Source of the DNA: a candidate division SR1 bacterium
GTDB taxonomy: Bacteria; Patescibacteriota; Gracilibacteria; Absconditabacterales; Absconditicoccaceae
DNA length: 27,325 nt
Assembly: GCA_007116275.1 (NCBI GenBank)
Contig: SKIU01000069.1
Span: 1 to 27,325 of the forward strand
Direction of reading: 5' to 3'
Of the stretch, positions 13,601 to 27,325 are shown in pieces. The notes under the pieces are model-generated. The model was given only the letters and a program-made list of their open reading frames with translations. It was not told where the DNA came from and made no database searches. How positions within the stretch are numbered: the first letter of the stretch is position 1; each line of letters begins with the position of its first letter. The position numbers and the translations under genes were made by a program.

Positions 13601-14133
13601 TATGCAGTGATCTCATCTTTAAAGTTAATAATCCCATGCCAAATATCTGCTTGCGCATCAGGATTTACGTTATATTCAAAAAACTCAGTGCTAGCATTAT
13701 ATATGTACTGCTGTTCTTCAAAATCCACATACGGATAAATGCTTGGAAATATGAAATTTTCATGATTGACCACAGGAAGAGGGATATCTCATATAAGAAT
13801 AGTTCCCACAAGTTTGCTTGTCTCTCATTTGATACCATCAAAATAGATATTTTCCAGTATTTTTACTATATCTTTAGCTTTAAATGTATCAGTATTAATC
13901 GGAAAAACGGTTGCTTTACTATTGGATACACGTTGTTGGATATAATTACGGGTGTACCATTGTATATCACTTTCTATATCATCATATATATTTTTATCAA
14001 CAAAAACTGCCACAATATTGGTGCTTTCTAATGTGGTTTCAGCTCTCGTCCCAATAACAAAATTGTGTATGATATATGAGAACAAATAGACAAAACAAAC
14101 GAGAATGACAGATATTTTTTTGGTCAGTTGCAT
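1618..14133 (-). CDS. Giant secreted/surface protein, 4171 aa (FG-GAP/VCBS-like Ca-binding loops, Ig-like domains, Pro-rich and Cys-rich regions)
   Basis: I read this frame from ATG 14133 to TAA 1618, translating the gaps by hand and using the track ORFs in between; the only interruptions are TGA. At least 14 track fragments (13825, 13552, 13159, 11887, 11392, 10567, 9790, 6967, 6145, 4654, 4210, 3835, 2896, 2617, 2230) lie in this one frame. It has a hydrophobic N-terminus MQLTKKISVILVCFVYLFSYII and DxN/DxDG loops at about 8520, 8370, 8200 and 3360. Confidence 0.9.
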
Positions 14134-14366
14134 ACAATAACCACTCAAACAAGTAAATATTTCCCTAAACTATATGAAAAACTACGAAAAATCACAACAA
14201 AGTCCATACCATTATCAGATATTCTATCTATCTTATACTATATAGTATGTATGGTAGTTGACATAATGAGAAAATTGTTTTAGTTGTTTGTGTTGATTTA
14301 CTATAGCGATAAATATAAAATTCCCTTGCATTCTTTATCAAAATCCATAAAAACTGTTCCAACACA

Positions 14367-14488
14367 CCAAAGACAGCAGGTTATTCCGATTCTTTTGGAA
14401 TAATAAATCCCGCCGAGGTTCGCATACATTATTGTATTTTGCTTAACTCTTTTTGTCTTGTGTGTATGAAAAAGAGTTTTTTTGTTTT
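14367..14488 (+). promoter_or_regulatory. Ribosomal protein L10 leader (rplJ attenuator)
   Basis: CCAAAGACAGCAGG (14367-14380), inner hairpin TTATTCC/GGAATAA (14381-14403) and TCCCGCCGAGG (14408-14418) match the AGACAGYAGG...CCYGCCGAGG core of L10 leaders. It lies directly upstream of rplJ. Confidence 0.75.
14445..14488 (+). terminator. Intrinsic terminator of the L10 leader
   Basis: Perfect 10-bp inverted repeat AACTCTTTTT (14445-14454) / AAAAAGAGTT (14469-14478) followed by TTTTTGTTTT. A competing helix CATACA (14423-14428) / TGTATG (14463-14468) could act as antiterminator. Confidence 0.65.
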
Positions 14489-14511
14489 ATTTCACTACTG
14501 TTCTCAAAACT

Positions 14512-15264
14512 ATGGCAATTAGTAAAGAACACAAAAAGCAACTAATTGAACAGTATGTGTCCGATTTAAGTGCTGCATCCAATGTCGTTATTGTGCAACA
14601 ATACGGTGTCTGAGTAAAAACTGCAACGCAGGTAAGAAAAGAGATCGCTAACGCACAATGAAAGTACGTTGTGGTAAGAAAAAGATTGTTTTTGAGAGCG
14701 TTACAAGAAGCGTGACTTCCAGAAGTTACGATGGATGATGTTCCAGGTTCAGTTGTATTGATTACTGCAAATGATGAAGCAAATGAATATGGGCCATTAA
14801 AGGCTGTCAATACTGCTTTGAAAGGATTGAAAAAAGAAGACAAAGGTTCTTCGTATGCCTTTCTAGGATGATACTTTGATAAGGTATGGAAAGATGCAGA
14901 ATATGTAACCGAATTGGCTAATATTCCATCGCATGAAGAATTGATCGCGAAATTGATGTTTATGTTGAAGTATCCTATGCAATCACTTGCCTCTGTTGTG
15001 GATCAGATCGCAAAGAAAGATCCATCAGCTAGTGATGATGCATCACAAGATACAAAAGAAGAAAAACCAGAAGAAAAAGCTGAAGCCATGCCTACCGGCA
15101 GGCAGGCGCCACAGGATGAAAAATCTGATGATAGTGCTACAGAAGAAAAAGCTGAAAAAGGTGTAGAAAATGCACAATCGGAGTCTCCAAAAGAGGCTGC
15201 TGAAGAGAAAAGTTCTTCTGAGGATCAAGAAACTTCTTGAGACAAAAAAGAAGAAACAAAATAA
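14512..15264 (+). CDS. rplJ: 50S ribosomal protein L10 with acidic C-terminal extension, 250 aa
   Basis: MAISKEHKKQLIEQYVSDL...YVVVRKRLFLRAL...LANIPSHEELIAKLMFML is a recognisable L10. Open with TGA=Gly to TAA 15262-15264; followed by rplL. Confidence 0.93.
15085..15107 (+). repeat. GC-rich near-palindromic element in frame within rplJ
   Basis: GCCATGCCTACCGGCAGGCAGGC: the core TGCCTACCGGCAGGCA is a 16-bp palindrome with one mismatched pair. It is a GC-rich island in AT-rich context and encodes AMPTGRQA. Confidence 0.55.
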
Positions 15265-15317
15265 GTGAATAATTGTTGTATTATAAAATTATCTTTATTT
15301 GTTATTTGTTTACAGTC

Positions 15318-15704
15318 ATGGAATTATCTAAGAATGTAGAAAAAGTATTTGAACTTGTTAAAGGTTTGTCTGCTATTGAGTTAAATGAGCTCGTAAAAGG
15401 TTTGGAAGAAGAATTTGATGTAAGTGCTGCTGCATGAGCTGTTGTCGCTGCAGGATGAGCTGCTGGTGGAGATGATGCTGCTGCAGGAGGTTCTGATACA
15501 GTGAATATTGAGTTGACAGAAATGGGGCAACAAAAAATTAATGTTATTAAGGTAGTAAAAGAACTTATGGGTCTTGGACTTAAAGAAGCAAAGGACTTGG
15601 TTGAAAAAGCACCAACGATTTTGAAGGAAGGAGTCAAATCTGATGAAGCAGATGATATTAAGGCAAAACTTGAAGAAGCTGGAGCAACAGTAAGCTTCAA
15701 ATAA
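15318..15704 (+). CDS. rplL: 50S ribosomal protein L7/L12, 128 aa
   Basis: [51 protein letters not shown]...[24 protein letters not shown]...[11 protein letters not shown]. Two TGAs fall in the Ala/Gly hinge. Confidence 0.97.
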
Positions 15705-15759
15705 GAAACAAGTTATGGTGTACAGCCAATAGCTATTTTACATCTAATGAGTGGAGTAT

Positions 15760-16419
15760 ATGACAGTATCAGTCGAACAAGTACTTGAAGCAAAAGCACA
15801 TATTGGGACGCTAAAAAGTGAAGCTCATCCAAAAACACAAAAATACCGAGCTGGAGTCTACAGTGGTGTTGTTGTTATTGATCCTGAATGTATTGTTGAG
15901 CAAGTCTCTGCTGCAAAAGAAAAAATTGACGCTTTGAGAAAAGAGTGAAAACAAATTCTTGTAGTTGCAGAAAAGCAAATGTACAGAAAAGAGTTGGAAG
16001 AATTGGCAGAAAAATCAGGTATTCATTACCTTAATCATAAGGTTCCATCTGGATTTATTACCAATTTTGATACCCTTTTTAAAAGGATAGCAACAATGAA
16101 TGATCTTCGTATGTTTATCGGAAGTGAAGAGTTTAGTGCATTAACAAAGAAAGAACAACTCACACACAAAAGAAAGCTTGCAAAAGCGGAGAGAGTCTAT
16201 AAAGGTGTAACTGGACTAAAAAAAATTCCTGATTTGGTCGTGGTTGTTGATGGTCAGATGATGAGTGGGTTTATTGAGGAAATAGAAAATAAATCTATTG
16301 ATTCTATTGTTATTGCTTCGACTAACTTTTCCAAATTTTGGAAGCAGGAAAATCTAGTATTAGCAAATATTGGATGATACAAGAGTATTGATTTTGTATT
16401 GAAAAGTATCTTATCATAA
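15760..16419 (+). CDS. rpsB: 30S ribosomal protein S2 (divergent), 219 aa
   Basis: EQVLEAKAHIG...HPKT...VIDP...ILVVAEK...YLNHKVPSGFITNF...LTKKEQ...KGVTGLKKIPDLVVVVDG. It lies upstream of tsf and ends at TAA 16417-16419. Confidence 0.88.
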
Positions 16420-16432
16420 ATATATATAATCT

Positions 16433-16867
16433 ATGGTAGAAACAAACATGGCATCACAATCATCCCAAATATCTATGTCATATATCGCATGAAGTGCAGA
16501 AAAAAAGAAGTGTGTTATGATGTATCTATGATTGGGAATCGTGTTGAGTGTATCTCGCGATACAATGTCTGTATTTGAATATTTTCATCTAAGACAGTCA
16601 CTCGGGCGACGAATGGTGTTTATGATAGTTGTTTTATTGTCGATTGTATTGATGTTTTTGCCACTAATTTGGTTTGTTTGATGGTTAGCTATCGTTGCTA
16701 TGTTAGCGGTAGGCTGATTCTTTGGAAAGCAAGCGTGGGATGGCCAATACTACGATAAAGTTGAAAATGCAACACTTCCTCTATTTGTAGGTATGTGATG
16801 ATGGATACTGCAGATGTTTGATATACAGATTAAGATAGAATGACAGGAAGATACTGAAATAAAATAA
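16433..16867 (+). CDS. Small membrane protein (DUF4870-like), 144 aa
   Basis: Absent from the ORF track because of six TGAs. MVETNMASQ...KKCVMMYLGLGIVLSV...FEYFHLRQSLG[CGA][CGA]MVFMIVVLLSIVLMFLPLIWFVGWLAIVAMLAVGG. About 3 hydrophobic segments; FHxRQ resembles the DUF4870 FHxxQ motif (from recall). Confidence 0.65.
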
Positions 16868-16895
16868 TGTTTTAATTTTCTAACTATTGCTTATC

Positions 16896-17702
16896 ATGAA
16901 AGTAGATATGCAAATCCTCAAAAAATTGAGAGATGCAACACTTGCATCATTAAAAGATTGTAAAGAAGCGTTGGTAGAAGCAAATGGAGATCTTGATGCT
17001 GCACATGAGATTCTCAAAAAAAATGGTACACTCAAAGCAGCAAAAAAAGCAGATAGAGAAACCAATGAAGGTATCGTAAAGTTTGCAGAAAAAAATGGAA
17101 AGCACGTAGGACTAAAACTTTTGTGTGAAACGGATTTTGTCGCAAAAAATGAGATGTTTCAAGATCTTGTTAATAATATCCTCGATGCATTAGCAGATAT
17201 CGATCAGACAGTAACAACTATAGATGATTTAGATTCTTCTGTAGCAGATGCTTTACATGTTATGGTTACTGAAGCTATTGCAAAAATAGGAGAAAACTTG
17301 AAGTTGGTGGATGTATATATTGGTACAGATAGTGCGTATGTATATAATCATCCATGAAACAAAGTGGTTTCTGTTGTCTATTATGACGGTGATGCAGAAA
17401 AAGCAACTGATGTAGCAAAAGAACTTGCCTTACAAGTCGCTGCAATGAATCCAGTATATTTGACAATGGATGATGTGCCAGAACAAGAAAAAAACGATGC
17501 TATTGCTGGTGAACGCGAAGCATTGATCAAAAGTGGTAAGCCAGAAGATATTATAGATAAGATAATGTCTGGAAAGATGCAAAAAGCATTTTCAGATATT
17601 GTGCTATTTGAACAAGAATGTATCAGAGATGGCGCAAAGAAGGTAAAAGAAATAATTCCAGAATGAGTAACTATCACAAAATATATTAGATGGTCTGTAT
17701 AG
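16896..17702 (+). CDS. tsf: Elongation factor Ts, 268 aa
   Basis: KKLRDATLASLKDCKEALVEANGDLDAA...KKADRETNEG...LLCETDFVAKNE...LQVAAMNP...KPEDIIDKIMSGK. Joined across TGAs; ends at TAG 17700-17702. Confidence 0.96.
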
Positions 17703-17728
17703 TTTTATTATCGTAGCTACTAGGGTAA

Positions 17729-18295
17729 ATGAAAAAGTATGAGTTAGTATTGATGGTTAATCCATCACTAAAGGAAGATGATCGTGAATCATTACTCAAA
17801 GATATTACATGAGTGTTTGGTAAAAATATCTTGGATACTGATGTTATTGGTTTGCAAGAATTGGTCTATGATCTCTCAGATAAAAAGTGAAACAATAGAG
17901 CATATTTTGTTTCATATCATATACAAGCAGATGCTGAGATGTTAGCAAAGATCAAAAAAGATCTTTTGTATAACAAAGATGTATTGAGATATTTTGTCTT
18001 AGCTATGTCAGACACGCAACCATTTCATCACTTTGAAAAGTTACACAAAGAGCTTGGAAAAGTGATTGAATCATGGGAAGATACTAAATTTTGACAGAAG
18101 TTGACGTTCTTCGCTGATGATAGAAATGTATGATATATATCACGAAAGTCTTTGCCAATGTTGCAGAAATATGTAACAAGATTTGGTAATATTAAACCAC
18201 GTAAATACACAAATAATCCAGTGCAAATACAGAAAAAATTAAGAAGTGTTATCTTGAGAGCGAGAGAAATGGGACTTATTCATTATACAAGATAG
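17729..18295 (+). CDS. rpsF-rpsR: Fused 30S ribosomal proteins S6-S18, 188 aa
   Basis: N-terminal half MKKYELVLMVNPSL...GLQELVYDL...RAYFVSY...NKDVLRYFVL is S6. C-terminal half YISxKSLPMLQKYVTRFGNIKPRKYT...QKKLRSVILRAREMGLIHY is S18. No TAA/TAG between them. Confidence 0.87.
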
Positions 18296-18336
18296 TCTAA
18301 ACTATATGCTATTATTTATATGCTTATTAAACCAAT

Positions 18337-18492
18337 ATGGCTAGTAAATTGAGAAGAATAAGGAAGTATAACTGGCATAAAAGACTCCATACGCATGGTT
18401 TCAGAAAGAGAATGGAAACAAGAGCAGGAAGAAGGGTCTTGGCAAGGAGAAGAGCAAAATGAAGAAAACAACTCACACCCCAAAAAAAATAA
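18337..18492 (+). CDS. rpmH: 50S ribosomal protein L34, 51 aa
   Basis: MASKLRRIRKYNWHKRLHTHGFRKRMETRAGRRVLARKRAK-G-RKQLT; the THGFRxRM...GRxVLARxRxKGR signature has TGA at the conserved Gly. Confidence 0.92.
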
Positions 18493-18552
18493 GGTGTGGT
18501 TTTTCTCTTTTTTCAGTATTGTTGTTTATATTTCTAATAACCAATTATTGTT

Positions 18553-22188
<3,636 letters not shown>

Positions 22189-22200
22189 TTATTCAAGAGA

Positions 22201-22262
22201 TCTGCTTTCAGCTTCTAGCTTTATCAATACAAGCTAGGAGCTAGTAGCCAGAAGCTAATAGC
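22201..22262 (+). repeat. Inverted arrays of GCTARWA-type heptamers forming a hairpin in the rpoB-rpoC spacer
   Basis: GCTAGGA GCTAGTA GCCAGAA GCTAATA GC (22233-22262) faces inverted copies TGCTTTCAGCTTCTAGC (22203-22219). The stem is GCTTCTAGCTT/AAGCTAGGAGC. Confidence 0.65.
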
Positions 22263-22289
22263 AATATATTTACCCCCTAAATTCCCGCT

Positions 22290-26093
<3,804 letters not shown>

Positions 26094-26117
26094 CATAAGA
26101 GAGAAAATCACTACATC

Positions 26118-26145
26118 TTGACATCGATATACAAATAACTATTAT
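26118..26145 (+). promoter_or_regulatory. Putative sigma70-type promoter for rpmA-rpmF-nusB
   Basis: TTGACA (26118-26123), 16-nt spacer, TATTAT (26140-26145), 33 nt upstream of the rpmA ATG. Confidence 0.5.
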
Positions 26146-26178
26146 CAACGCATATGTGTTTTATATTGGTTTAAAAAA

Positions 26179-26676
26179 ATGGCACACAAGAAAGCAGCTG
26201 GTTCTGCAAAAAACTTAAGAGATTCTAATCCAAAATATAGAGGAGTCAAACTCTTTGGTGGACAAAAAACAATAGCAGGTAATATTATTATTAGACAAAA
26301 GGGGGAGAAATTTGTTTCAGGAGATAATACATATACTGGAAAAGATAAAACTATCCATGCTAATATTGATGGAGTAGTTACCTTTAGTAAAAAAAATATC
26401 CAAAGGTTTGACGGAAGAAAATATCTTAAAACAGTTGTTAATGTAGTTCCTCATGGAGAAGAAAAAGAAGTAGTAGTAAAAAAGGCTACGAAAGAACTTG
26501 CTCCAAAAGCTTCTGCAAAAAAAACAACGGCTAAGGCTACAACCAAAAAAGCCACAGCTAAAACCACAACTAAAAAAGCAACTCCAGAAAAAAAACCTGC
26601 AACTAAAGTAGCTGCAAAAAAGACTACTACAAAAAAAACACCTGCTAAAAAAACTTCAACAAAGAAAACTACATAA
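26179..26676 (+). CDS. rpmA: 50S ribosomal protein L27 with Lys/Thr/Ala-rich C-terminal tail, 165 aa
   Basis: MAHKKAAGSAKNLRDSNPKYRGVKLFGGQ...AGNIIIRQKG...KDKTIHANIDGVVTF is L27, followed by a tail of about 73 aa with KKAT/KKTT repeats. Confidence 0.96.
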   Translation: MAHKKAAGSAKNLRDSNPKYRGVKLFGGQKTIAGNIIIRQKGEKFVSGDNTYTGKDKTIHANIDGVVTFSKKNIQRFDGRKYLKTVVNVVPHGEEKEVVVKKATKELAPKASAKKTTAKATTKKATAKTTTKKATPEKKPATKVAAKKTTTKKTPAKKTSTKKTT

Positions 26677-26720
26677 CATATAGCTAATCGCTAAAAACTT
26701 TAAAAACTTATTCCATTACC

Positions 26721-26951
26721 ATGGCAGTACCTAAGAAAAAAGTATCACAGTCGAGAAAGAGAAGAAGACATTGAACCCGACAAAGACTAACATTGAAAAA
26801 ATTACAAAACAAACTCAATATTGTAAAATCTAAAGATTCTGGAGAGTATGCACTCGGACATCATGTTTGTCTAAAGTCTGGAAAATATAAAGGAAAGCAA
26901 ATCCTTACTATCAAAACCAAAGGGGATAGTTCTACTGTAGTAGATGCATAG
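26721..26951 (+). CDS. rpmF: 50S ribosomal protein L32 (Zn-ribbon-less form), 76 aa
   Basis: MAVPKKKVSQSRKRRRH...SKDSGEYALGHHVCLKSGKYKGKQIL; ends at TAG 26949-26951. Confidence 0.9.
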
Positions 26952-26967
26952 TCTTTGATAAAAAATT

Positions 26968-26998
26968 GCCAATAGCTAGAAGCTAACCGCTAATAGCC
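26968..26998 (+). repeat. Tandem heptamer array in the rpmF-nusB spacer
   Basis: GCCAATA GCTAGAA GCTAACC GCTAATA GCC; same family as 22233-22262. Confidence 0.65.
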
Positions 26999-27025
26999 CG
27001 TGTTCTTTATAAAAACCCATTATCT

Positions 27026-27325
27026 ATGGATATTTCTCACAGAATCCATGCAAGAAAAGTAGTATTGAGTTATTTTTATCAACGCTACTTTTTTTTGTGA
27101 TTACAAAAAGATGAAGCAGTAATCACAGGATCACTCGCTATTGCACATACATTCCCTGATCATGAAGATTTTCAAGAACAAAAGGATCTTCTTATAGGTC
27201 TATTGGAGTCATACAATCATGTCGATATAGATGAATCTATACAGTATATGGTTAACCATATGTTTGATAAACGAAAAGATCAGATGGATACAAAATACAT
27301 GATAGATATGATGCCAGCTTTTGAT
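27026..27325 (+). CDS. nusB: Probable NusB antitermination factor, N-terminal part (runs off the window)
   Basis: MDISHRIHARKVVLSYFYQ resembles the NusB RxxAR...LxxLYQ start, and rpmF-nusB adjacency is common in Patescibacteria. The frame is open to the edge, but the diagnostic C-terminal half is not visible. Confidence 0.55.

Noticed and set aside
13387-14031. 214-aa plus-strand ORF and other plus-strand track ORFs between 16 and 14031
   Set aside because: These are antisense shadows of the minus-strand genes, with no recognisable motifs.
1618-14133. Giant protein as an RHS/YD toxin, RTX protein or NRPS/PKS
   Set aside because: I saw no YD-repeat core, no GGxGxD nonapeptide runs and no adenylation, ketosynthase or carrier motifs in the translation.
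14258-14290. TTGACA at 14258 as the -35 box of the rplJ promoter
   Set aside because: There is no convincing -10 hexamer 16-18 nt downstream (TAGTTG), so no promoter was called.
15751-15759. GTG start for rpsB as in the ORF track
   Set aside because: ATG 15760 matches the usual S2 N-terminus better; the exact start remains unproven.
18092-18103. TGA 18092 as an S6 stop with TTG 18101 as a separate S18 start
   Set aside because: S6 itself contains two earlier in-frame TGAs that must be read through, so TGA is not a stop here.
22201-22262. Heptamer arrays as a CRISPR remnant or intrinsic terminator
   Set aside because: The units are 7 nt with no unique spacers and no cas genes. The hairpin has no following U-tract, and rpoB-rpoC is normally co-transcribed.

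Overview
AT-rich bacterial chromosome segment that only reads properly with TGA as Gly (translation table 25), with further evidence that CGA, and probably CGG, encode Trp. That combination points to Absconditabacterales/SR1 (Patescibacteria, Gracilibacteria-related). The supplied standard-code ORF track fragments most genes. Left half (minus strand): an apparent operon of one uninterrupted 12,516-nt ORF (14133->1618, 4171 aa, secreted/surface protein), a 280-aa secreted Cys-containing protein, a CPR-type VirB2/TrbC-like pilin and the start of an MFS-like transporter. Right half (plus strand): an L10-leader attenuator, then a condensed informational cluster rplJ-rplL-rpsB-membrane protein-tsf-rpsF/rpsR fusion-rpmH-rpoB-rpoC-rpmA-rpmF-nusB(partial). 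Notable details are the S6-S18 fusion, charged low-complexity tails, intergenic heptamer repeats, a GC-rich palindrome inside rplJ and unusual RNAP active-site substitutions. I saw no tRNA, rRNA, CRISPR array or transposase. All translations and family calls were made by eye, with no database searches.
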